This document shows, one piece after another, positions 1-11,356 of a stretch of 64,000 nucleotides of DNA. Each line of letters opens with the position of its first letter. The first letter of the stretch is position 1. Below the pieces are notes generated by a model that saw nothing but the letters and a program-made list of their open reading frames with translations, searched no databases and was not told where the DNA came from. Source of the DNA: Utricularia gibba. Taxonomy: Eukaryota > Plantae > Magnoliophyta. The DNA lies in the NCBI GenBank assembly GCA_002189035.1, contig CM007989.1, forward strand, positions 1,612,001 to 1,676,000, in the 5' to 3' direction. The translations under genes and the position numbers were made by a program.

Positions 1-66
1 AATCGTAAAAGTAGCCATTATCTTTGGTTACTTATTTTAATGTGGAACTTGCAAATCTTACCACAG

Positions 67-832
67 CGGTATCCATGGACGGCTGCAGCAAGTAATCCAG
101 AATGAAAAGGATAGGGATATGGAGTTCTTAAAATATGTAGGGACAGAAACCGGTATTAAAGGTAAAATCTGGCTTGTATTCTGTGTTGTATTTTCTAACC
201 CTGTTAAGAAACTTTCACTTTTTTTCCAGATAAAGAAACAGGCCTTCTAGTAAGAATCATATCCAAGTCTCTGGAAGCAAAGCTAACAGTTTGCTGTTGC
301 ACTTACTGTGGTGATGAAAATGTATGCCCATGACAAAACTCTCTCTCACACACTTCAGCAGCCACGATTTTTATTTTATGGTTCCTTGTGACGCTTAATG
401 AAAGGATGTTGCTTGGTTTGTCTCTGCAGGAACATTATACTGAGTACAGAAACTCCCAAGGTAAAACAAAAGATGCACAATCAAGGGCATTGTGCGTCAT
501 CTTCAACACAAGATTATGCAACAATGTCGAGCTTGATGTAGGAAACTTGATCCGCATACACCATCCCTGGTATGACCAGTTTGATAAACGCAACATAAGC
601 TGCCCGTTTAGCCAGAAATACATAAACACCCCTGTTCCCTTGTTACTTTCTCTTTAAATGCATTCCACTTAGATGCTTATTCTTTCGAACTCTGATTGCT
701 TGCCAAGCCTAGCGCTAAACATCTCTCACATCTAAGCACCATTCTGTGACATGCAACAGGAAGGAGGTGCACCCCAAGGCCAAAGGCGAAGTTGTGTATC
801 TGTGCTCCTACTTTTCACAGGTACACACATAG
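67..832 (+). CDS. Last 4 coding exons of an uncharacterised conserved plant protein (possible SPIDR-like OB fold); 5' part lies outside the window
   Basis: GT-AG exons 67-161, 230-321, 430-569 and 760-832 join in frame: GIHGRLQQVIQNEKDRDMEFLK...LLVRIISKSLEAKLTVCCC...LCVIFNTRLCNNVELDVGNLIRIHHPWKEVHPKAKGEVVYLCSYFSQVHT*. The product identity is inference. Confidence 0.75.
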
Positions 833-1092
833 TTGAGAATTTTCAAGGGTGAAAGCTTCATTTCATGGCTGATCGATCTCCTGTTGTCGCTGAGAATACA
901 CCTATGTGGCCTTCAAATATCTATATATCTTCCATGTTTCAAATATATACCATTAAAGATCTATGATTGAATTCAGGTACGTTATAAATGTTAGAGCATC
1001 ATCTTGTTTAGATGCATCTGTCAGATAGGATTAGATTTGAATGTCCATAAATCATATCATCAAGGAAAATTTATGCCTGGATTATATTATTA

Positions 1093-1297
1093 GAGCATCT
1101 TTATTGATTTTCGAAAATGCTGACATGTATTTTCGTAAATGTTGACATGGTTTTCCGGAAATCAATTTTATTTTTATGGAAATCACTTTTATTTTGTGTT
1201 ATATAATGTGGAAATCATTTTGAGGAAACTCAGTTTCCCTATGGAAACTCAATAACGAAAGCGACGTCATCGTTTACGGAAACGAGTAAAGATGCTC
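1093..1297. mobile_element. Tourist-like (PIF/Harbinger) MITE, 205 bp
   Basis: Perfect 11-bp terminal inverted repeats GAGCATCTTTA (1093-1103) and TAAAGATGCTC (1287-1297), a TTA target-site duplication on both sides (1090-1092, 1298-1300), and an AT-rich non-coding interior. Confidence 0.85.
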
Positions 1298-1874
1298 TTA
1301 AGCATTCGTTTGATTCGTGTGGGAGGTGTATTAGTTTCAGTTTTAAATAGAAGTTCATTTGGTTAGCATTAGATACTTAATTAAAATTACTAATACTATC
1401 TCTGATATTTAATTTTGAATTAATTCTATTTTCACGAATATTTCTGTGCTGAGCTTTTTCATTAAATCTGAGTATTTAGTAAAAATATAAAAAATGTGAT
1501 TTAAAAAATATCATATGTAAAATTATCTGAATTTTGATTTAAAATCTGAGTAAATATATAGTGAAAATCTTATTTATTAAATCCGAATATATGAATTTGA
1601 TATCGTGGTTAATATTTGGTTTTAGATGGGGTGTAGGTTGGGTTAATGGAGTGGTTTGCGTGGCAGGCAAGGCGACCGACACTGGTTTTTGCAGTTGGGC
1701 TACGGGGAGGCGGATATTTAGGCTCCTTCCAAGGGTAAAATAGTCTTTTGGGATTATACGTATCTATTCGACGGTTGTATGTATATCCACGCTTCCGCAC
1801 GGCGCACACCCACCATTCCAAGCGATTCGATTCGATCCGATCCGAACCGAAGGCTGAACTCCTCTCCCGGATCG

Positions 1875-3829
1875 ATGCTTCAGCCCTACCTCGATCAGCA
1901 GCGTCCGGAGATGCAGCCGTCGTACGACGACGACGAAGCCGTGAATCACGGTGACAATCTTGTTTCCCCTGCGAACGTTAACATCGATTCCGTCGCTGGA
2001 GTGGACCGCAATCTTGTCTCGAATTCCACTGCTATGAAGCTTCTACATGTGTCTTTTAACCAGGACTATGGCTGCTTCGCTATTGGTACCGACCGCGGCT
2101 TCCGGATTTATAACTGTGATCCGTTTCGGGAGATCTTTCGCCGCGATTTTGAGGGGAGTGGAGGAGGGATTGGCGCGGTGGAGATGCTTTTTAGATGCAA
2201 TATCCTGGCATTCGTGGGAGGCGGGGATTCTCCAAGATACCCGTTGAATAAGGTCATGATTTGGGACGATCATCAGAGCCGGTGTATCGGAGAGCTTTCT
2301 TTCAGGTCTGAAGTGCGCGATGTTCGATTGCGTAGGGATAGGATTATTGTGGTCCTCCAGCAGAAAATTTTTGTCTATAATTTCACAGATTTGAAGCTAT
2401 TGCATCAGATTGAGACTGTTGCGAACCCTAAGGGACTCTGCGCGGTTTCGCATGCCGCTGGATCGTTTGTATTAGTCTGTCCTGGTTTGCAGAAGGGGCA
2501 GGTCAGGGTGGAACACTATGCGTCGAAGAGAACTAAATTCATAATGGCTCATGATTCCAGGATTGCTTGCATAACCCTTTCTCAGGACGGGAATCTTCTA
2601 GCCACTGCTAGTTCTAAGGGAACCCTGGTTCGTATTTACAATACTCAAGATGGGGTTTTGCTGCAAGAGGTTGGTTGTGCTGACTCCTGAAACTTTTATA
2701 CTTGGTGACGTTATGTTCATTGCATCTGTTTTCATCCTACGCGCAGAATGAGTTTCTTCAGCATTGATAAACTCTTACAATCTTTGAAATGGTTATAATA
2801 TTAAAATATTATCACACTTAGGAGAGTCACTAGGTGTATGTGCTCTGTATTGACTTTATCTATTAATCAAGAAAGAGTTTATTATGCCCTTAGTTCGCTG
2901 TTAAGCATGCTTTGTTTTCTGTAATGTCGTGGCCACCTGATTCAAGATAAGTCACCATGATTAAAAAAAACATATATCTGAATCGGTCCCTTACCCCTGT
3001 ATTTTTTTTGCATGCGTCTACTATTCTGCAGTTTATAGTGCATTGAATCTACGATTTTCATTGCTTTGTGACATGGGGCTTTGAATTTCTCGAAACAGAA
3101 GTAATTTACAGTTGCTGACTTAAGCTATAACTGTAACATGTGATCTGAGAGTTGGATTTAATATTTCGCAACTGGAATGGTTACAGGTAAGAAGGGGTGC
3201 AGACAGAGCAGAAATATATAACCTGGCGTTCTCCCCACCTCACAGTGGCTGGCAGTCTCAAGTGACAAGGGCACAGTTCATGTATTCAGCCTTAAGCTCA
3301 ACTCCGGAAACGGTGGAATGGATGGATTCAGCGCGCCTGAGCCAAACCCCAGTACCAACGGTCCAAATTCTCCTTTATCTTTCATTAAAGGTGTACACAT
3401 CCTCCACATATTTTTTCTTCCATGGCTTTGTTATCTTCCACCCATGTTTTCAATACAATCAACGCTGGACTTACATAACTATCTGCAGGAGTACTTCCCA
3501 AGTATTTCAATTCAGAGTGGTCGGTCGCCCAGTTTCGGCTACCCGAAGGCCAAAAGTATATTGTTGCTTTTGGTCACCAGAAGAACACAGTAGTAATCCT
3601 CGGGTTGGATGGAAGGTCAGTCATTTCCCCCCACCCACCCCATCATGTTGTTATACCATATCTATGCATTGACACTTTCTACGGAAACATCCACAGTTTT
3701 TACCGGTGCATGTTCGACCCCAACACCGGAGGGGAAATGTCGCAACTGGAGTACCACAATTTTCTCAAGCCCGAGGCCCCTCCTCTGATGCAGGTTGTTG
3801 GCAAAGTCACCAGCTCACTCTCCATCTGA
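1875..3829 (+). CDS. ATG18a: Autophagy-related protein 18a (WD40 PROPPIN), 4 exons, one apparent frameshift
   Basis: Exons 1875-2669, 3187-3390, 3489-3615, 3697-3829. Motifs [34 protein letters not shown] (lipid-binding xRRG), [26 protein letters not shown]. The frame is restored by one extra C in the run at 3233-3236. The ATG at 1911 is an alternative start. Confidence 0.95.
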
Positions 3830-4249
3830 AACCCCCCTGGGCCTTACCCTGTTCTGTAAATATATCCTGGTTTGTGATTGTTAACTATTGTATACGTGCA
3901 TTAGGTGCAACCGGGAACCCCTGACTCGAAAAATGGGAAACGCCTTGTACAGTACTCAATTTGGTTGCATAATTTCAGTTTCTGTTTTCTCCCGTTGAAT
4001 TTAATTGGTTGATACTATGTATGTGTCACACCTGGGAAAGGCTGCAATTAAATCGTTTTGGATTGGATTTAATCATTAATATTTCGATCCAAAACTGGAA
4101 AAAATCTAGCCTAAGTTGTCAAAAACCTTTTTTTTTGGCAATATAGGTTGAGCAGATAAAAACCTCAAATGTATCAATCTGATGACGATGGGTTTATGCA
4201 AAGAAAATCAACGCAAAAATGGAAAGGAAGCAAAAGAGGCAACAAGCAC

Positions 4250-7200
4250 CTAGTAGATGGAGAACTTGTCCCCGGCGGAGGGCCAGAGTTTCTTGTAGAT
4301 GGAAAGCGCCACCGGAATCACAGCACCGAGCGCCAGAGAAAGATGCTCGGAGCTGCTCGTCCTCACCGTGATCTGTCCGCTGAGCTTGTTATTGATCCCC
4401 GCCCGAACCGCGATCTTCGAGTTCCTTCCGATAGCGAACTGCGCCAGGCCGTTGAACCCCAGCGCCAAATCCCCTCTCCATTTGATTATCGACATGCTCA
4501 GAGTGGACTGAACCTGCCCTATCGGATAGTCCAACTCCCGTCGTTGCAGCTCGACGTTGGCCCCGTAAGCCGTCTCGCTTTGAGACTTCACAGCTCCTGC
4601 ACTTCCGACCAATGCATACTGCTTACCGAAAGAAATGTGATCCTCAATTCTCACGCCAGGGACGACGTTTTCGCCCAAGAAGGTGACGGATACCCCGGCG
4701 CCAGACTTGTGCTTGTTGATTTTCTTGAACTTGGATTCAGCACGCACGATGTAGGCAAGCTGCTTTCCCATGCTTTGGACGTCGAAGTTCGCCATCACTG
4801 AGGCTTCCCCAAGCTTTGCTGCCACAGCGGAGTCAAGGTTGATGCTGAAATCCTTCTTGTCCTTGGTGACTTGAATGGTGTAAGCCACAGGGAAAGAATC
4901 AGCGATTGCAAGATTGTGTTCCAGGTTGACACCATCGTAGCCGCAGTCATGATCCCAACCATGGGTGTCCAGAACCGGCCTCACATGGAACTGCGAAGTC
5001 GGCTCTAAAAACCGGTACCGGTATGTGGGGTTGTCGCCGTCGAATGTGGGAGGAAGAGCCATGTCGGGTAGAGGGACAGCAACTGGAGCGGGAGCTCCAC
5101 CGGCATCAGCATCATCGTCCTGGAAACCATTCTCTGTGGAGGCGTCATTCCCTCTCTTTCTCATTTCCTTGATCCTCCTCAACTCCTCCTTCCACTGCTT
5201 TTTACGGAGCAGCTTCACCCTGTAATCGTACTCTTCAAAGTATGCCTTTTTCTGGTCATTGCTGAGCATTTCTAACTGATCCTTCCTCAGAGGCTTAAAT
5301 GAAGGAAGCTGATCATACTCATCTTCTTCATCTTGATCAGTATCCATCAAATCATCCAGGTCAATATCGGTGTCCCCAATTTCCCCACCTTGATCAGATT
5401 GAAGCTTTGGATGTGTCCGAGACTGCAACATTGTTGACAACATATAAGGAAGAGGGGGTGACCGAACACGAAAACCAAATAGCTTTCTATGATCAAATGG
5501 ATCCTGAGGCCTTGCTAGTGAATTTGCCTCTGACAAAATCTTCATTGAATAGCACAGTAACAGTAACTGAGGTCTCCAGCTCTGACCATTGGGAAGTATT
5601 TTCTGGCCTTCCCTGTTCCTCCGGCAGGAGGGATGATTCTCCACCAGAGAAACTGGATTCATAAGAGAAGGGCTCATCATTCGTAGATCACCAACAGCAC
5701 GACCAATAGATTGCTGGACAACGTGAGACCTCTGTGAGACAAAAACATCGTAGCTGAGAGGTGCACCTGAAGGTCCATCTGGTGGTGCGGAAGCAGCATG
5801 AGTTAGTGTAACTATCCCATTTCTCCAGATGGGAGAACCAAGAGCCTTGGTGACAGTTTTCATGAGTGGAAGATCATCTAGATCTCTGTTCTGTGCATTC
5901 AACCTATCCACATAAAGCACAACATCAGTTGGCTTTTTTTTCGTGAAATTCTTGACTGAAGACAAGACACGCTGGTTGAAACCCTGTTCCATGATAGATG
6001 TCTTGAGGCCAGGAGTGTCGACTACACGGACCTTCACACCATCAATGAATCCAGTGGCTTCTTTTACACAAGTCGTCCCAACATCAAAAGTCGAAATGGG
6101 AGCTTTTTCTTCTCCAAACAGAGAATTTATGGTTGCACTTTTTCCCACACCATTTTTTCCGAGAACCAAGATGTTCACAGAGAATTCCAAATCATCTTTA
6201 CCATCGGCTTCCAGGTCTAAAGCTAATCTCTTTGCCTCTTCAAAACTAAAAAATTGTGAGTTTTGACTTCCACCTAGCAATCCTAGCCTATATAAGACCT
6301 GTGCTGACATAGGTTCTTCTGGAGAAAGGCCTAATCTGTGAACCAGCCTCAAAAATTTCACCCTTATCTGCTGCAACTTCTCAAGTTTCCTTTTCTCCTC
6401 TTCACTGAAGTTCACCTCCGCCTCTGCACCAGAAGGATTTGAAGTGCTGAAAAGACCGGGACGATTGAGTCGGCCAGCAGGCCTCCTAAGTGAGGATCCC
6501 AAACCAGCAGGGCGCTCGATTGAGAAGAGTCTAGAACCATCCTGGGAAGTGATTGTAATTGTATCACCATCAGTGTCAGCACCAGTTGCAGCCTTCAGAA
6601 GAGCTGCTAAAGCAGACGAATCAAAAAGTTCTTTCCCATCTCTTTCGTCATCAGTATCACCATCTTCTTCGGACTCTGTAACAATTTGACCATCAACATC
6701 CTCAGAGGGCTTCATTGAGCTGTCGGCAACAGCCAGATCCCCACCATTTTCACTTTCCACCTCCTCAAAAAAACTTCCATCAGCTTCAGGTTCTACATCC
6801 ACCTGATCTTCTTCATCCGTAATTTCTTTCAGATCAGTTGGAAAAGCCTGTTCAACAGATGCAATTGCTTTTGATTCCTCGCTCAATTCATTTTCAGCAT
6901 GACTAACAGGCTCCTTAGGGATCTCTTCAGTTACCTCCGGTTTCAAGGGTGTCTGCTCAGCTTCATTGTCTCCACTTTTGTCCACAATATCAATATTTTC
7001 CACTAACTCATGTTTCCCATTCGGTAACACAGCATTCACCTTGTCAGCCACCGGTTCTGAGTTAAGTTCGCCCTTCTCTGACAAATAATCATCTCCTTGA
7101 AGTGCAGAAGCGTCTCCCTCAGGCCTATCGTCTCCATTTTCATCCACAACCACAGCCCTTGATATTTCCAAATCACCCTTACTCTTCTCACCAATATGAT

Positions 7201-7972
7201 CCCCATCCTCAGAAACCTTCAAACCATCTGTTTCTACCTCCGTCTCATCAGAACCATACTTCCCCTCAGCTCTCTCAATCACAGCATCTCTCGCGTCGCC
7301 CTCCACAACTTCATCTAAAACCTCTCTGTCGCCATCATCAGCTTCAACCCCATCTATCTTAGCCTCATGGGAATCAGTCTCATCCTTATTCCCCTTACCA
7401 TCACCACTATCATCTAAAAGTACCCCAGAATTACCCTCAACCACAGCATCTCCCCCACTCTCCTCCTTGGAACTCGGAACAGAATCTGAAACCCTAGTTC
7501 TCCCATCACCCGTCTCAATTTCACCAACCTTGGAATCCTCCTCATTCTCCTTTCCACCAGCACCACTATCACCATCGAAAATCACCTCTGAACTACCCTC
7601 AGCCACAGCATCTCCCAGAGCTTCCTCCTGCGAACTCAGGACAGGATCTAAAGCCTCGGTTTCCCCACCACCAGTCTCAACCCCACCGACCTCAAGAGAA
7701 TTCTCCTTTACACCGCCACCACCACCACCACTCTGACCATCCAAAATCACCCCTGAATTCCCACCCGCCTCACTCCCCTCCTCACCTGCCTCAACCACAG
7801 CCCCCTTATCAACCGTCGGTTCAAAATCTTCATTACCACTCACAAAACCCTCATCCTCCGAAACGTTCACCTCACTACTGTCCTTGAATGAAACCGTAGT
7901 ATTCCCCAAATCATCATTAGCGGGAACAAAAGAATCCGGAGAATTCACCGTCGCCGACGCATCGGACTCCAT
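4250..7972 (-). CDS. TOC159: Chloroplast import receptor GTPase Toc159 (A, G and M domains), single exon, 1240 aa
   Basis: Intact ORF with an acidic N-terminal A domain, G domain (LGKNGVGKSATINS, DTPGL, LLLCYSMKIL) and M domain (RPVLDTHGWDHDCGYDG, GQITVRTSSSEHL). Confidence 0.97.
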   Translation of the reverse strand: MESDASATVNSPDSFVPANDDLGNTTVSFKDSSEVNVSEDEGFVSGNEDFEPTVDKGAVVEAGEEGSEAGGNSGVILDGQSGGGGGGVKENSLEVGGVETGGGETEALDPVLSSQEEALGDAVAEGSSEVIFDGDSGAGGKENEEDSKVGEIETGDGRTRVSDSVPSSKEESGGDAVVEGNSGVLLDDSGDGKGNKDETDSHEAKIDGVEADDGDREVLDEVVEGDARDAVIERAEGKYGSDETEVETDGLKVSEDGDHIGEKSKGDLEISRAVVVDENGDDRPEGDASALQGDDYLSEKGELNSEPVADKVNAVLPNGKHELVENIDIVDKSGDNEAEQTPLKPEVTEEIPKEPVSHAENELSEESKAIASVEQAFPTDLKEITDEEDQVDVEPEADGSFFEEVESENGGDLAVADSSMKPSEDVDGQIVTESEEDGDTDDERDGKELFDSSALAALLKAATGADTDGDTITITSQDGSRLFSIERPAGLGSSLRRPAGRLNRPGLFSTSNPSGAEAEVNFSEEEKRKLEKLQQIRVKFLRLVHRLGLSPEEPMSAQVLYRLGLLGGSQNSQFFSFEEAKRLALDLEADGKDDLEFSVNILVLGKNGVGKSATINSLFGEEKAPISTFDVGTTCVKEATGFIDGVKVRVVDTPGLKTSIMEQGFNQRVLSSVKNFTKKKPTDVVLYVDRLNAQNRDLDDLPLMKTVTKALGSPIWRNGIVTLTHAASAPPDGPSGAPLSYDVFVSQRSHVVQQSIGRAVGDLRMMSPSLMNPVSLVENHPSCRRNREGQKILPNGQSWRPQLLLLCYSMKILSEANSLARPQDPFDHRKLFGFRVRSPPLPYMLSTMLQSRTHPKLQSDQGGEIGDTDIDLDDLMDTDQDEEDEYDQLPSFKPLRKDQLEMLSNDQKKAYFEEYDYRVKLLRKKQWKEELRRIKEMRKRGNDASTENGFQDDDADAGGAPAPVAVPLPDMALPPTFDGDNPTYRYRFLEPTSQFHVRPVLDTHGWDHDCGYDGVNLEHNLAIADSFPVAYTIQVTKDKKDFSINLDSAVAAKLGEASVMANFDVQSMGKQLAYIVRAESKFKKINKHKSGAGVSVTFLGENVVPGVRIEDHISFGKQYALVGSAGAVKSQSETAYGANVELQRRELDYPIGQVQSTLSMSIIKWRGDLALGFNGLAQFAIGRNSKIAVRAGINNKLSGQITVRTSSSEHLSLALGAVIPVALSIYKKLWPSAGDKFSIY

Positions 7973-8640
7973 TGGAATACAGATTACGGATAAGGAAATA
8001 GGGCGACAGGCGGAAGAGGAAGATGAATGTGGAGTGCAGAAGATGGTAATTGTGATAAGGTTTAGCCTTGGCAGCCAGCGGGTAGAACCAAATATATCTA
8101 TATATATCTTGAGGTTTCCGCCTACATTTCCTTTTCTTATTTTCTAAATTAGGTCTTGTTTATTTTCTAAAATTGAAAAACAAAATACCAGCAATTTAAA
8201 AAAAAATAAAAATTGTGCACAATATGACGTCACCACCGATTTTAAAAAGATATACTTCAATTAATATGTATTTAAATTATGCGATAAATGTCTATAGGTG
8301 TGTTTAAAATATATGAAAAAATAAATCAAGCTTTTTTAATTAATTAAATTAAAGTGAAATAGGAGACGTAACCTCAAAGGCTTGCCTGCTGATCTATTCA
8401 TCCATTTATTATTCATTTGCTGCCATTGGCCAGTTGGACGAGGTGCGAACTGCGGCGTCCGGTTCGATAGTTGGATTATTTTTATTAAATGTTTTTTTTT
8501 TTATTGTGCGAACCATTTATCCCGAAACCAACAGAATTTGGCCGGATCCTCTGATCGGAACCCCTCCGCGCGACGGGTCGTTGACTGACTCTGGCAAGAA
8601 TCGGAGTACTGTACTAGTGTGAGCGGCTGAACCTCCTCCG

Positions 8641-10713
8641 ATGGAGCTGATGAGACATTCCTCCGCATTTCTCCTCCCTGATTTTGCCACCGTCGACGTC
8701 GCGAACGGCCCCGGGCGGACCTACGCGGTTATCGTCCTCAACCGCAACCTTCCGCGTTTCACTCCTCGCATGTGGGACATTGGTTGATTCTCATCCATCG
8801 TGTTGCGTACGCTTGTACTGTGTTTGATTCTCTTTTGACTGTCGATTTCTTCTGTGGTAGCGCGGGTGCGTTTGTGCGCTGACGGTGGGGCCAACCGACT
8901 GTTTGATGAATTGCCGCTGTTGTTCCCCGGTGAAGACGCTCATGCTGTTCGTGTAAGGTTCGGGAAGTCACTTTTCTGTAGGATTTGGATATCATGTTCC
9001 TTGGGAAGTGAGATAAATTAATCAAAGACCTTGCTGCGTTTTATGGTTGAAGTCAAGTATTGTTATTTGAATGAGGATAATGGCGTCAAGTAGATTTTTT
9101 GTTGTACTGTGGAGTATAATCTGATTCTTCTGCTATGATTTTTCCCTTTTCAATCAATCAATCCATTTCTGTTACCTCTATGATGCATTGTGGTTACGCT
9201 TGATCAGGTAAATTTTGTACCCAAAACTTTTATTGCCTCTTTGTACCCTGTCTTCTTTTCTGAAACATAATTCTGTTTAAAATTTATAAGATAAAAGACA
9301 ACATCTGAATTAGTTGCTTTATCATGGAAGAAATAATGCATGTTTCCTTTAGCGAGAATGACATACAATTATAAAAAGTAAAAAATAAAAGGCATTCCTA
9401 TCTGTGTTAATCATCCTGATTTCAATCATCAAGGGCAAGGCTTGTGCTTGGAAAGCTTGTTATTTTCTGCACTATAATTTAGCCAAGGTTTTTCCACAGG
9501 ATGTGCTGCTGTTTTTTGTAGTTGTATTGTGCAGTGTAACCATTAAGAAGATTATTATGTTGCTTTATAGTGTAATATGTTGGCTTTAATAAAGTGAAAA
9601 AGTTCCTGCTCAGCGGGAAAACTTTTAAAACATCTGGGGCGCTTACACGTCATACACATGGTCCAGGTACAGGCCAGATGTAATAAAAGGAGACATGGAC
9701 TCCGTCAGAGAAGATGTTTTGGAGTTTTATAAAAGTTTGGTATGTTAGCGCTTTAACTGTCTTCTTCAATCTGTTTCTCTGAACGTATATGCGAGCGGAC
9801 TCTTTAATGTTTCTCATATGGTGCCATTGATGCATCAAGGGTTTTTGCCAAGGCATTAGTTTGACCTTGTAAACATTTCATTTATGTTTTGTTGGCGTCC
9901 TACTGTCTGCATATGCTTTCATGCTCTGCAATTACTGGAGCTACTCTCTTGATTTTCAGGGAACTGAGATAATTGATGCTTCAGATGATCAGGACACCAC
10001 TGATCTGCATAAATGCATTGTATACGTCCGAGATTTATCGTATCTCAAAAACCAAAATGTAAGTAACACATGCTTTTCTAAGCCTGCCTTGTGCCTCCCA
10101 CTGTTATTTTCAATACTCTGTTTTTCATAGCCGCCTTGAAGATTGTACTTCTTCTATATTTGTTCATCTACCTTCTTTATTCAAACATGCTTCTGCTAAA
10201 TGCATCTAAATGAATTTCAACATGGTTTATCTCAGCTCTGCATCCTTGTTGCCGGGGCACTTGGTGGAAGATTTGACCACGAAATTGGGAACATCAATGT
10301 CCTCTGCCGCTTCTCAAGCATCAGAATTGTTCTTCTATCAGATGATTGCCTCATCCAACTTCTCCCAGTACCCACCATCATGAGATCCTCATCCTGCCGT
10401 CTGTGGAGGGTCCTCACTGTGGGCTCATTCCCATCCTTGGCCCTTCAAAAGCTTCCACAACCACCGGCCTCCAATGGAATCTCTGTGAGTTGCCCGTAGT
10501 TCCACCATACCACATGCATCCACAATTTACTCCCAAAGCTAAAGGCTTGCCCTAGCCGAAGTAAAACTAATTGCAGGTTCACCTTCTTTCGTAGGTGACA
10601 CAGAGATGAGGTTTGGTGACCTGATCAGCACATCCAATGTTGTAACTAGTGATGTAGTAACCGTGAAATCTGATGCAGACCTCCTGTGGACAATATCCCT
10701 CAAGAAGCAGTAA
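8641..10713 (+). CDS. TPK1: Thiamine pyrophosphokinase, 6 exons, one apparent frameshift
   Basis: Exons 8641-8782, 8861-8957, 9667-9739, 9960-10058, 10236-10484, 10595-10713. Motifs CADGGANR, IKGDMDS, DQDTTDLHKC, GALGGRFDH, GLQWNL, LISTSN. One extra C at 10364-10366 restores LLPSTHHHEI. Confidence 0.95.
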
Positions 10714-11356
10714 TTCTATACCTCATTGTTGCCACCCCACAGGCAGGAAGAGGCATGAAAGGGAGAACCCTCTGTGACTTCTAGAAGCGTGAATAATGAA
10801 ATTACGGCCGGGAAACCTTATACCTTTTGTATCTCACGTAATCAAGATTTGAGTACATAATATTAGAAGCCAATGTTGTTGCGTACGGATAAGTATTTAC
10901 GAAAATGGTTTTGAATTAGGGTTCCTTGATTAAATTCAATAAAATCGTGATTGAATTATTTTAAATTAGTAAATATTTCTCAGTTTTTTGATTACTTAAA
11001 ATAGGTAATTTTAAATAATGCTTATTTACCAAAATAAGGGGGGAAAAAGGAAAAGGATTTTAAATAGTCGCAGGACGGTTTGAAGTTGCACGTCGTGGTT
11101 TTCTTCTATACCTAAGAAGGGGCCGGGATCAGTCGGCTGCAAAGAAGCTACCGGAGTTCTTGAAGCCGTAATCCGAGAGTGGCGTGTTTTCCGGCAGTTT
11201 TACAGTTCTTTACTGTCTTTGACCCCGTGAGCTGATTAGTTGTGGTTTTTAGGGTTCGCCAATCGTTTATTCTTGCTTCGGGCATTTACTTTCCGTTCGC
11301 TTCTTTACAAGTTTTATGACTGCAGGTGAATCCATTTCCTCGGCGCCGGCGACGCG

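Noticed and set aside
4169-4801. 210-aa plus-strand ORF and other long antisense ORFs (23761-24174, 46862-47545 5' part, 52752-53255, 59044-59673)
   Set aside because: They are shadows of GC-rich coding sequence on the other strand or frame, with no recognisable domains.
10615-10850. TPP riboswitch at the thiamine pyrophosphokinase 3' end
   Set aside because: Only a chance ACCTGA in coding sequence; the CTGAGA and GCG-AGGGA elements of the plant THIC aptamer are absent.
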